DNA of 64,000 nucleotides from a plasmid: sequence record NZ_CP120951.1; one strand, 5' to 3'. Shown piece by piece: positions 55,690 to 64,000 of this stretch (position 1 is its first letter; each line of letters starts with the position of its first letter). The notes under the pieces were generated by a model. It saw only the letters and a program-made list of their open reading frames with translations, ran no database searches and was not told where the DNA came from. The position numbers and the translations under genes were made by a program.

Positions 55690-56331
55690 ATGGACTTTTT
55701 CTATCACGGCGACTGTCTCGATGTTCTCCCCACCATCCCCGATGCAGTGATCGACTTCGCGCTGACCGACCCGCCGTATCTGGTCAACTACCAGGACCGC
55801 AACGGCCGCTCGATCGCGAACGATGTGCGCGGCGACTGGCTCGAACCGGCGTTCGCACAGGTGTTCCGCGTACTGAAGGATGACGCGCTGTGCGTGAGCT
55901 TCTACGGCTGGACTAAGACCGATGAATTCTTCCGAGCGTGGAAGAAGGCGGGTTTTCGCATCGTCGGTCACATCGTATTTGCGAAAACCTACGCGTCCAA
56001 GGCGCGCTTCGTGAAGTACCAGCACGAATCGGCCTACGTGCTCGCCAAGGGCTCGCCGGCGCTGCCATCAAAGCCCCTGCCGGACGTACAGCCGTGGCAG
56101 TACTCCGGCAACCGCCTGCACCCCACTGAAAAGCCGCTGTCCGCCATGCGCGCCGTCGTCGAGGCGTTCACGCGGCCGGGGGACCTCGTGCTCGATCCGT
56201 TCGCCGGCAGCGGCACCACGTGCGCGGCGGCCAAGCAGCTTGGGCGTCGCTATGTCGGCATCGAACTGGACGCGACTTATCACGCCGCGGCTGTCGCCCG
56301 GCTGGGCCGGCGCGAAGCGATCGCGGCTTAA
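55690..56331 (+). CDS. orphan beta-class DNA methyltransferase (N6-adenine/N4-cytosine type)
   Basis: Motif IV DPPY near the N-terminus and motif I FAGSGTT near the C-terminus (beta-class order); 213 aa; no adjacent restriction enzyme. Confidence 0.85.
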   Translation: MDFFYHGDCLDVLPTIPDAVIDFALTDPPYLVNYQDRNGRSIANDVRGDWLEPAFAQVFRVLKDDALCVSFYGWTKTDEFFRAWKKAGFRIVGHIVFAKTYASKARFVKYQHESAYVLAKGSPALPSKPLPDVQPWQYSGNRLHPTEKPLSAMRAVVEAFTRPGDLVLDPFAGSGTTCAAAKQLGRRYVGIELDATYHAAAVARLGRREAIAA

Positions 56332-56356
56332 CCTCCAACGAAGCGAGAGAACCATC

Positions 56357-56863
56357 ATGGGACTGACCATCACAGCCTATTGCGGCCTGGAAGCGATCGA
56401 CGCGCCGCGACTCGACGGCAACCGCGAGCCGATTGACGTATTCACGGTGCGTTTCTATTGGGCGCCGCGCTTTCCGCAACGCGCAGACGGCCTCGATATC
56501 GCCCGCGTGTTTCGCTACCGCAATGCGTTTGAGTTCAACGTCGGTACGTACATCACGCATGAGATTTTCCGCGAGCAGCTCGCCGAACTGGCGAACTATC
56601 CGGCGATTCCCCTCGGCAGCGAGAAGATCTGCCACACGAACGGCGCGATCGTCGAAACGGAAGGCATGTTCAAGGAACTGATCGACTTCTCAACCACGAT
56701 GGGCACGATCGGGCCACGTACTTCGCGCAAGCTGGCCAACGACTTTTCGCGATTCATGCACCTGGTCGATGGCGAAAGCAATCCCTTGTTCGCCGAGCTC
56801 TATCGCAACTGGTATGTCGCGTTCGCACTTGCGCAGCATGACGGCGCCGTGCGATTCCACTGA
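56357..56863 (+). CDS. hypothetical protein (168 aa) co-transcribed with methyltransferase
   Basis: Internal ATG with a GAGAGA RBS, 26 nt after the MTase stop. Confidence 0.5.
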   Translation: MGLTITAYCGLEAIDAPRLDGNREPIDVFTVRFYWAPRFPQRADGLDIARVFRYRNAFEFNVGTYITHEIFREQLAELANYPAIPLGSEKICHTNGAIVETEGMFKELIDFSTTMGTIGPRTSRKLANDFSRFMHLVDGESNPLFAELYRNWYVAFALAQHDGAVRFH

Positions 56864-56918
56864 CCCGATTGAACGGCCGGCCGCTCACCGCGGCCGGCAT
56901 CCGAACAAGGCAAACACC

Positions 56919-57098
56919 ATGCAACTTTTCTATATCCAGCACCTGATGTGTGCCGTACTCGATCATCACTTCGCGTCGCGCCTGGACAGCCCGGCGCCTC
57001 GCTCCGATGACACGCTTACCGTGAGCGTCGCCGAGCTATTGAACGCGCTGCGCGAGGCGTTCGAACTCGGTCAAGATGTACGGAGGACCGCGCGATGA
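56919..57098 (+). CDS. small hypothetical protein (59 aa)
   Basis: Internal ATG; ATGA overlap with the next gene. Confidence 0.3.
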   Translation: MQLFYIQHLMCAVLDHHFASRLDSPAPRSDDTLTVSVAELLNALREAFELGQDVRRTAR

Positions 57099-57280
57099 CC
57101 CACGCAGAATTCGAAACGCTACTCGAGGCGATCGCGCGCGAGCATCTTTTTATCTCGACCCTGCAGGAGCAGAAATCCGATCGCCTTGACTTCCATAGCG
57201 TCGCGGTTTGGACCGTGCGCGAGGCGTTAGCGGCAGCATACGAGGCAGGGAGAAAAATCCGCCTCAAGCCGCGCGATTAA
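57095..57280 (+). CDS. small hypothetical protein (61 aa)
   Basis: Helical; coupled to the previous gene. Confidence 0.3.
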   Translation: MTHAEFETLLEAIAREHLFISTLQEQKSDRLDFHSVAVWTVREALAAAYEAGRKIRLKPRD

Positions 57281-57346
57281 TCAACTACTGCGCCGGCGTC
57301 GCCGGTGCCCGCAAAGTGATAGACGGCCGCATCGAGCGGCCGTCTA

Positions 57347-57619
57347 TCACTTGTCTGGATCCGCACGCCAAAATGGGTCGATGCCAGCCGCATCGCACAG
57401 GAGCGCCCAGGCCGAATACGGAATCGGTGCTTCTTCGGACATCCACTTGCGCACAGTGCGTCCATTGCTGTTAGTGGATATTCCCAAGTATTCCGAAGCA
57501 TCTTGCGGTGTCATACCCGTTCGCCGGAGTATCTCCTTTACTTCGATTCCTTTTGGCTGGGCCCAGAATCGCGCCGGCTGCAAGCATTCACGCCGAATTT
57601 CAATAGTGTAGGTCGTCAT
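57347..57619 (-). CDS. small HTH-containing protein (90 aa)
   Basis: GMTPQDASEYLGISTNSNGRTVRKW is HTH-like. Confidence 0.45.
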   Translation of the reverse strand: MTTYTIEIRRECLQPARFWAQPKGIEVKEILRRTGMTPQDASEYLGISTNSNGRTVRKWMSEEAPIPYSAWALLCDAAGIDPFWRADPDK

Positions 57620-57699
57620 AGGTTTCTCTGCATGTCAAACGCGTTGGATCGGATGCCACTGAGCATCCAGCCCCCAGCGCTTCGCGCCGGAGGAATCAC

Positions 57700-57745
57700 G
57701 CCAGGTATGCGATCGCACTGCGATCGCACTGCGATCGCATACCTG
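57700..57745. promoter_or_regulatory. 46-bp near-perfect palindrome containing three tandem copies of the 10-bp palindrome TGCGATCGCA
   Basis: CCAGGTA-TGCGATCGCA-c-TGCGATCGCA-c-TGCGATCGCA-TACCTGG, lying 80 nt upstream of the HTH gene start. Confidence 0.5.
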
Positions 57746-58002
57746 GCTTGACAACCCCGCCATCGGTCCGTCAACGCCTCACCGGATTGACCCTTCGCTT
57801 CGCTACGGGTCGGGCCTCTCCCCACGCCGGACAATGCCGGCGCGGGTCCCCGTGTCCCTCAATCCGGGCGCGCGGCGCGCGCGAAGCGTGCTCGTGCCTG
57901 ACGCCCCTAGCTTGCAAGAAGGGAGGTCCGGCCGACCATCGCGGCAAGCGCACAGCACAGCGAGAGATAAGGGGCGGCTATGCCCCTATTATCCCATCGG
58001 CA

Positions 58003-58215
58003 TTACCGCAGCGCGGCCAATGCGCCGCGCACCGCGTCGATCTGATCGGCCGTCAATTCGGACGCCGCGACCCGTTCGCGTTTCTCCAGAAACATCAACG
58101 TGTACGGTGCGACCAGAATGCGGGCCTGTCGGCACACCGTCATGCCGTCGTCGGACGGGTAACGCTCGCGCCAATGGTTGATCGCGGATTCCAAATCATT
58201 CAGGGTGAATTCCAT
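58003..58215 (-). CDS. small hypothetical protein (70 aa)
   Basis: Compact helical protein. Confidence 0.35.
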   Translation of the reverse strand: MEFTLNDLESAINHWRERYPSDDGMTVCRQARILVAPYTLMFLEKRERVAASELTADQIDAVRGALAALR

Positions 58216-58270
58216 ACGTGCTCGCCCCGGCCTTGCAGCCGGAGCGCCTTGTCGTTAGAGCGTCACGTTA

Positions 58271-58462
58271 TCAGTTCACGTCGGCGCGCGGCTGTTCGTC
58301 GCGCTGGACATCGATCACCTCGACGCCGGACAGCCCGTGACGCGTGGCGCATTCATCGGCCACCACGCCCGCGTGCGTAACCGACAGGGCAGGCACGAAA
58401 CAATCAACCGTGACAGGAAATTCACGGCACTTTACGACGACCTTGAAACGTTGCTGTTGCAT
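58271..58462 (-). CDS. small hypothetical protein (63 aa)
   Basis: ORF only; weak support. Confidence 0.25.
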   Translation of the reverse strand: MQQQRFKVVVKCREFPVTVDCFVPALSVTHAGVVADECATRHGLSGVEVIDVQRDEQPRADVN

Positions 58463-58474
58463 GGCGCGGTCCCC

Positions 58475-58903
58475 TTAGTCGATTGCGCGGAAGATTTCGC
58501 GCTGTTCGGGATGCTGCACGGCGAAGCGGCGCAGCGCATGATAGGCATTCGTGAATCGCCCAGTGCGGTCGTCGTGCGACAGTCGGCACAGCACGTACAA
58601 CGTGACGACGATCCCGAATGCTTCCGCCCCCATGTGCCCCTCGTAGCTGTTCTCATTGAAGCAGACGTACAGCTCACCTTCATTCGCAGGCGCGGCATAA
58701 AACCCGCCGTTATCCAGCTCGAAGAACAGCCAGTGACCGCCCGAGTATTCCGGCGACAGTCGGCGCGCCCACGCATAGAGCAGGTTTTCGCCACGCAGGT
58801 ACGACGGGCCGAAATGCTTCGGCAAGAACCGCAGACGGTGCTCCTCGATGACGAGCGAGGATTGAATCGGTGCGTCGGTTTGCAGTGCTTCAGCTTGAGA
58901 CAT
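58475..58903 (-). CDS. klcA: KlcA/ArdB-family antirestriction protein
   Basis: RLRFLPKHFGPSYLRGENLLYAWARRLSPEYSGGHWLFFELDNGGFYAAPA...FGIVVTLYVL...AYHALRRFAVQHPEQREIFRAID is closely parallel to RK2 KlcA; GGGAG RBS. Confidence 0.85.
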   Translation of the reverse strand: MSQAEALQTDAPIQSSLVIEEHRLRFLPKHFGPSYLRGENLLYAWARRLSPEYSGGHWLFFELDNGGFYAAPANEGELYVCFNENSYEGHMGAEAFGIVVTLYVLCRLSHDDRTGRFTNAYHALRRFAVQHPEQREIFRAID

Positions 58904-58920
58904 GGATAACTCCCGGATTC

Positions 58921-59046
58921 GGCCAAGCGGGATGCCCGGCCACAAAAATAGTATATGCCTTAAAGGCATTATATTCAAGATTTTTTTGTTGACTATAATG
59001 CCTTTAAGGCATATATTTAAACCATGGCCGAGCATCCCGCTTGGCC
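58921..59046. promoter_or_regulatory. 126-bp symmetric divergent control region with two 22-bp operator palindromes
   Basis: Outer 21-bp inverted repeat GGCCAAGCGGGATGCCCGGCC / GGCCGAGCATCCCGCTTGGCC. Inner sites TATATGCCTTAAAGGCATTATA (58952..58973) and TATAATGCCTTTAAGGCATATA (58994..59015) are in opposite orientation. The region is AT-rich with TATAAT-like hexamers. Confidence 0.5.
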
Positions 59047-61099
59047 GAATTCGGGAGTAACGACAGTGAGTGCAAAGCAGAAACAGCAAGCCGTAGTCGA
59101 CCTGATCGTCGGTAGCCGTGCAGCAACCACCGTGCCGTTTTCGGCGCTGATCGATTCACCGTTCAACGTGCGGCGCGGCGAGCCGCAGAACATCGAAGGC
59201 ATGGCCCAGTCGATCAAGAGCGCGGGCGGCATCATGCAGAACCTCATCGTTCACGAAGTGAAGGCCAAGCAAGGTAATAAGGTGAGCTACGGCGTTTGTG
59301 CGGGCCGTCGCCGCAAGGCCGGTTATGGGCTGCTGGTCGAGCGCCGCGAAGCGTCGGCCGACGCGCCGATCAACGTCGTGATCGTGACGGATGCTGAGGC
59401 GCGGCTTATGTCGCTGATGGAGAACACGGCGCGCGAAGACATGCACCTTGCGGACGTGTGCGAAGGCATCCGTGACTTGCACGCAGACGGGCGCACGCCC
59501 GAACACATTGCCGAGGTGTTTTCTGTTTCCGTGCTGACGGTGCAACGGCGGTTGAAACTGGCGCACGTGTCGCCGAAGCTTTTCGAAGCGTTCCGCCAGG
59601 ACGAGATTGAACTCGGCCAGTTGCAAGCGCTCGCGCTCTGCCCCGATCCAGCCGAACAAGAGCGCATCTGGGCCGAAGTACAGGATGGCCCGGCATGGAT
59701 GCAGGCACCGGCGAAGCTGCGCGAAATCATCACGCGCGAGGAAGTGTCGAGCGAAAACGCGCTGGCCCGGTTTGTCGGCGTCGAGGCATACGAGGCAGCG
59801 GGTGGCGAGGTGCGCCGTGACCTGTTTTCGGACACGGGCGGCGGCTATCTGGTAAGCCCGGACATCCTGAACGGTCTGGTTCGCGCGAAGCTGGATGAGG
59901 CGGCCGATGCGCTGCGCGCCGAGGGTTGGTCATGGGTGGAAGCCGACCTGAAAACCAACTACGAAACCATCTATGCGTGTACGCGCCTGAGCGCTGGAAC
60001 GCGTGCTTTGAGCGCCGACGAGCAAGCGGAACGTGACGCACTCGATGCGCGCGTGACCCGCGCGAGCGAAGCGCTCGAAGCCGCCTACGACAGCGACGAC
60101 GAGTCGATCGACGCCGACGCACTCGAAGCCGAACATCAAGCGGCCGAGGAAGCGCTCGAAGCGTTCGATGAACGTGCCAGCGAATGGACGGCCGAACAGA
60201 AAGCCGTGTCCGGCGTGTACATCGCGGTATCGCAAAGTGGCGATTTGTTCGTTCAGGTCGGCTTGGTGAAGCATGCCGACATGAAGGCAGCCGGTCAGGC
60301 GCTCGGCGCACAAGCGCCCGGCGCACTGCGACGGGCGGCGCAGGCCCCCGAACAGGTCAAGCCGCTGCACAGCGAAAGCCTGTGCGCTCGCTTAACGGCG
60401 CACCGCACCGCCATCGTGCGACTTGAACTGAGCCGCCGCCCGGAAATCGCGCTGGTCACGCTGCTGGCCCGGATGGTGCCGGACGTTTTGCCCGGTCATT
60501 TCGGACGCGGTACGCTCGGCATGCTCAGCATCCAATCTGAATCGTCATCGAAGAAGCTGGTGAACGTTGCGGATGACATGACGAATAGCCCGGCATGGAT
60601 CGCCTACGACGAGCGCTCCGAATTCTGGCGTGCACGTATCACGAAGGAAGCGAACGGCGACCTGTTCGGCTGGTTGATGGCACAGACCGGCGACACGTTG
60701 CGCGACCTGTTCGCGTTCTGCGTCGCGGCCACGGTGGACGGCGTGAGCCACGGCGACGCCCCGCACGTCGTCAACCGCTTGGCTGATGTGCTGAACGTCG
60801 ATTACCGGTCGTACTGGAAGGCGACCGGGGCGAGCTACTTCCAGCACGTGCCGAAGGCACGCATTCTTGACGTGGTGAAGGAAGCCACCACGACGGAAAC
60901 GGCCGCGTCGCTCGAAAAGCTGAAAAAGGCCGAACTGGTCGGCGCGGCCGAACGCGCGGTATCGGAAACCGGATGGTTGCCCGAGGTGCTGCGCAACCGC
61001 GAGCATCCGGAAATCTGGCAAGCAACCGACGATGACGACGACGTAGAAGGCGACGACGATGAAATGCCGCCGGAAGATGAAGAAGCCGAAACCGCGTAA
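59024..61099 (+). CDS. large ParB/Srx-fold nuclease-domain protein with acidic C-terminus (leading-region type)
   Basis: N-terminal ParB-like motifs (LIDSPFNVRRGE...GVCAGRRRKAGYGLL) followed by a long helical region and an acidic tail DDDDVEGDDDEMPPEDEEAE. A GTG at 59066 with a GGGAG RBS is an alternative start outside the palindrome. Confidence 0.65.
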   Translation: MAEHPAWPNSGVTTVSAKQKQQAVVDLIVGSRAATTVPFSALIDSPFNVRRGEPQNIEGMAQSIKSAGGIMQNLIVHEVKAKQGNKVSYGVCAGRRRKAGYGLLVERREASADAPINVVIVTDAEARLMSLMENTAREDMHLADVCEGIRDLHADGRTPEHIAEVFSVSVLTVQRRLKLAHVSPKLFEAFRQDEIELGQLQALALCPDPAEQERIWAEVQDGPAWMQAPAKLREIITREEVSSENALARFVGVEAYEAAGGEVRRDLFSDTGGGYLVSPDILNGLVRAKLDEAADALRAEGWSWVEADLKTNYETIYACTRLSAGTRALSADEQAERDALDARVTRASEALEAAYDSDDESIDADALEAEHQAAEEALEAFDERASEWTAEQKAVSGVYIAVSQSGDLFVQVGLVKHADMKAAGQALGAQAPGALRRAAQAPEQVKPLHSESLCARLTAHRTAIVRLELSRRPEIALVTLLARMVPDVLPGHFGRGTLGMLSIQSESSSKKLVNVADDMTNSPAWIAYDERSEFWRARITKEANGDLFGWLMAQTGDTLRDLFAFCVAATVDGVSHGDAPHVVNRLADVLNVDYRSYWKATGASYFQHVPKARILDVVKEATTTETAASLEKLKKAELVGAAERAVSETGWLPEVLRNREHPEIWQATDDDDDVEGDDDEMPPEDEEAETA

Positions 61100-61204
61100 G
61101 TAGCGCTGCCGCCCGGACACGATCCGGGCGAAGCCTCACCACGACCGAGCCGCCCGCGCCATCATGGCCGGTGCGGCTTTTTTGCGCTACCTACTGCCCG
61201 ACGC

Positions 61205-61870
61205 CTACGCCGTACCTGTTTCGGAATCGTCAGGCGTGGCGCTCCCCACTTCCCCATCACGCGCGGCGCTTGGATCCGGCGTCAGCGGCGGAAGCGGTTG
61301 ACCCGGTTTCCATCCCGCCAATGGGTTTGCCAAGAACCTTGCCTGCATGGCGCGTTCGCGTTCCTGGCGCTGCACTGGCGTCAACGTTTTGCGCTGTTCG
61401 TAGGTCAGCGCTCCGGTGCGCCAGTCGTCCGGTAGCGACACCTTCGGCTTGAGGTGGGCGACGGCCATCTCCTCAAGCGTTTGAGGTGGCGGCACCGACC
61501 GCGCAGGCTCGACCACGCCCGTTTGCGCCGGGGCGGTCGATTCCATTTCCACGGTTGCTGGCGTCGCAGAGGCGGCAGGCGGTGTCGGTGCTGGCCCCGA
61601 CGATGTGGGCCGGGCCGCGCCCTGCCGTGCATCGCGCGGCAGCGGAATCGCCCGTTCACGGCGCACCCGCGAAATCATCACATCGAGCGTCGTCACACTC
61701 AGTTCGAGGCCATGCCTCGCCAGCACATCGCGGATAGCGAGATGACGCACGCCCGCATCGAGCGCGACGCGGACCTGATCGAACATCTCGCGAAATCGCG
61801 CCATCTTGGAGCGGTGATCTGTTCCGGTGGCAAGGCCGAGCAGGTCTTGAGAAAGCGTGAGGGTGGTCAT
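61205..61870 (-). CDS. putative DNA-binding protein (N-terminal HTH, Pro-rich middle)
   Basis: Internal Met MTTLTLSQDLL...; the HTH-like segment VRHLAIRDVLARHGLELSVTTLDVMISRVRRE is KfrA-N/regulator-like. Confidence 0.4.
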   Translation of the reverse strand: MTTLTLSQDLLGLATGTDHRSKMARFREMFDQVRVALDAGVRHLAIRDVLARHGLELSVTTLDVMISRVRRERAIPLPRDARQGAARPTSSGPAPTPPAASATPATVEMESTAPAQTGVVEPARSVPPPQTLEEMAVAHLKPKVSLPDDWRTGALTYEQRKTLTPVQRQERERAMQARFLANPLAGWKPGQPLPPLTPDPSAARDGEVGSATPDDSETGTA

Positions 61871-61912
61871 GTGAATCAACCGTGAGGGGTGATCCTCAGA
61901 TCGTAGAACCAC

Positions 61913-62685
61913 AGCAAAACGTTAGTCAACGTTTGAAAAGCTTCGTATTCCGGAGGGTGTCGGCGGAATGAGTAGCAAATCGACAGTGTGGGACGGGGGA
62001 TGTTAGGTTTTGAAACCACCCCAACCGAAGGGCGGCGTCCGCAGGCACGATAGATATGTAGACGGAAACTAACGTTTCCGCCCACATATCCGTGCCCAAA
62101 GGGGCAAAGCCCCTTTGGAAACCCGGCGGGCTTCGCCCGCGGGACAGCGGACGCGCCGTGGTAACGGCGCGACAGTGAACCAGGACGCGCGGATCGCCCC
62201 CCTCTCTGTAGACAATGGGGCGGTGGTGGTACGAGAAGATGTGCGGGCAATCAGGCGCTCACAGCGCGCGCTGATTTCGGGGTGCGGCCTTGGACGCGGC
62301 CCGAAATCTTTTGTCGCGCACTTAGCCGGTGGCGGCCTTAGGCCGTCAGCGGCTTAGTGCCTGCCGGAGGGTGTAGGTTGTGGTTCGAGGGGTTGATCCA
62401 TGCAAGCGGGCGAAGCCCGCGTGACGCGGCGGCATAGCCGCCGGTCGATATGGGGTAGTCAGAGAAAGCTTCTGGTTAAGTCCCGACACTTAAATGCGAT
62501 TCGACCCGACAATTAATATGAGTTATCCACACACACCTGCACGCGCGGCCGCAGCGGTGCGGCAAAACCGGGCGCGGCGAGGGAAAATCGCGCGCGACCA
62601 CGGCGGAAATCGCTCGAAATTCTGTGCGCGGACGAGCGCCACCCTCGCTTGCGCGATAGGTGACTGTCTATGGGTGGAGGTTTGC
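61913..62685. other. 770-bp gene-free region with multiple GC-rich hairpins; candidate origin (oriV or oriT) region
   Basis: No credible ORF. Hairpins include CAAAGGGGC-AAA-GCCCCTTTG, GGCGGGC-TTC-GCCCGCGG and its inverse GCGGGC-GAA-GCCCGC, and GGAAAC-TAAC-GTTTCC. The region lies between a DNA-binding gene and the rep-like gene. Confidence 0.25.
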
Positions 62686-63645
62686 CTAGTCGCCGGGTGG
62701 CGCCAACTGCTGTCGCGCGACCCGGTAGCAGCGATCGCGATCCCAATCCGGGTGCTGCATCTTCAGCTCGCCCATGCGCAGATGAATCGCGCGCTCGAGC
62801 TCGGCCTGGCGGCCGACATCGGTGGCCAGCGCACGCTGCTTGACGCGTGACTGGATATTCTTGAGTTGTTCTGCCAGCTGCTCGCCGTGCTGTACGGCCG
62901 CGACGCTGGCCTTGCGATCGCGTTTGCGTTGCGCGTCCCGCCGGCGCTGCGCGCGCAGGTGCGCGCGCGTGCGCTCGTGCGTCAACCACTTGCCGAGGCC
63001 GAACTGCTCGAAGATCGCCGGCGTCAGGTATTTGATTGCGGCGAAGCCGCGGTAGCGCACGCCCTGCTCGCTTTCCTGCACCTCACACTGCGGACGGCTC
63101 TTGACCAGCCGGGCGCGGATCAGATCATGCAGTGCGCGCTCGGTACGGCGCAGCGACAGGCCCGCTTGCTCGGCCAGGTACGGCAGCGTGAAGTCGATCC
63201 AACCGTCCTTGCCGGGCACCGCCACGCGTAGCGTCACGAGATCGCAGAACTTGATCAGCGCGCGCATCAGCTGCACACACGCGATGCGCCGCTCGCTGCG
63301 CTGCTGGCGCGCACTGCCGTTCGCGATGTTCAAGCGCGGCAACCACGCCTGCGGCGTGTCGAGGTAGCGGCCGAGCCGCATCTTCAGTTCGCGCAGCAAC
63401 TTCGGCGCGCTCGCCGGCGCCGGGTGCGGGATGTCTTCCGGCCAGACCCGCTCCGGCAACGCCGCCGCCGGCTTCGGTGCACCCTTCAGGCCGGCGCCCT
63501 GCGCTCGCAACCCTGCGTGCGCGCCACGCGCGGCCGCGAGGATGCCACCGAACAGATCCTGTTCGGACGTGGCGTCGACGGACGCGGCCACGCCAGCCTG
63601 ATCGGATGGATCAGGCGGCAGCGATGCGGCGAAGGAGAAATCCAC
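62686..63645 (-). CDS. RepA-like winged-helix protein (putative replication initiator)
   Basis: wHTH GWIDFTLPYLAEQAGLSLRRTERALHDLIRARLVKS; basic C-terminus; GTG start at 63645 (an internal Met at 63381 would give a 231-aa protein). Confidence 0.4.
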   Translation of the reverse strand: MDFSFAASLPPDPSDQAGVAASVDATSEQDLFGGILAAARGAHAGLRAQGAGLKGAPKPAAALPERVWPEDIPHPAPASAPKLLRELKMRLGRYLDTPQAWLPRLNIANGSARQQRSERRIACVQLMRALIKFCDLVTLRVAVPGKDGWIDFTLPYLAEQAGLSLRRTERALHDLIRARLVKSRPQCEVQESEQGVRYRGFAAIKYLTPAIFEQFGLGKWLTHERTRAHLRAQRRRDAQRKRDRKASVAAVQHGEQLAEQLKNIQSRVKQRALATDVGRQAELERAIHLRMGELKMQHPDWDRDRCYRVARQQLAPPGD

Positions 63646-63892
63646 GGCGCGGCCTTAAGCGGATCCGCGCTCCAGTCCGGCCGGCGGCCGGTGCATCCCG
63701 CCGGTGGGCGGGAAGGTTCGACGGCTCGGGATTATCGCCACGAACCGCGAGGAAAGCTTATTTGGGGTCGCACCGAAAGGTGCGGGCGCGAGGGATCTCG
63801 CGGCGCCCCGCGCATAGCGGGGCCATGCCCCGCGCTCGGTCAATCGCATCATCTGGTTCTCATTTTAAAAAGACGAGTTTACAGATGACGCT

Positions 63893-63919
63893 TGACAGCC
63901 GACCGGTTCTGGGTAGAAT
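63893..63919 (+). promoter_or_regulatory. outward-facing sigma70-like promoter
   Basis: -35 TTGACA, 15-nt spacer, -10 TAGAAT, pointing toward the window end. Confidence 0.3.
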
Positions 63920-64000
63920 CTGGTCATCCTTCCTACGGGATGGCCTCTTCTCCGGTTGGCTGTAAGAGCGTCATCAAGACAAGCCCCTGTTTCCAGCAGG

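Noticed and set aside
1-64000. CRISPR arrays, IS elements/transposases, rRNA genes
   Set aside because: No regularly spaced direct repeats with spacers, no transposase-like ORFs with terminal inverted repeats, and no rRNA-like sequence were seen. The only repeat families are the short palindromes reported above.

Overview
This is a high-GC (about 65%) window, most likely from a Burkholderia-like betaproteobacterium, and nearly all of it is a conjugative mobile element (an ICE or a plasmid). The compositional assignment is a guess.

- **Positions 1 to 35.8 kb** form one long minus-strand transfer super-operon: a truncated ParA-like ATPase, a large Toprim primase with a disordered linker and C-terminal polyvalent-type domains, the VirD4/TraG coupling protein, a PLD-family Nuc endonuclease, then a complete VirB1 to VirB11 type IV secretion system (VirB7 and an entry-exclusion-like lipoprotein included). 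Several secreted cysteine-rich and CAP-domain proteins follow, and then a complete R64/PAPI-type thin-pilus (type IVb) gene set (PilL, M, N, O, P, Q, R, S, V-like) with an extra PilT-like ATPase and a lytic transglycosylase.
- **35.9 to 42.8 kb** is a regulatory and maintenance hub: a divergent XRE repressor region, a PAS-domain protein with a small paralog, a near-consensus LexA SOS box, a KorA-like repressor with a 12-bp inverted-repeat operator, and a KorB-like ParB plus IncC-like ParA. Five copies of the 16-bp palindrome TTCTCGCATGCGAGAA are present, one inside the parB coding sequence.
- **43 to 50 kb** holds a Phd/YefM-VapC toxin-antitoxin pair, then a 12-gene same-strand operon of small unknown proteins ending in a 612-aa tyrosine recombinase.
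- **50 to 52.5 kb** is a lower-GC insert carrying a large secreted/toxin-like protein with a membrane partner, an H-NS-family gene and a tRNA-Gly(UCC).
- **52.6 to 64 kb** looks like a plasmid leading or establishment region: small unknown genes, an orphan beta-class DNA methyltransferase, an HTH gene behind a triple TGCGATCGCA palindrome, KlcA/ArdB antirestriction divergent from a large ParB/Srx-fold protein across a 126-bp symmetric control region, and a RepA-like winged-helix gene next to a gene-free 770-bp hairpin-rich region.

No relaxase, CRISPR array or IS element was recognised. Coordinates of features not taken from the ORF track may be off by 1 to 2 nt.
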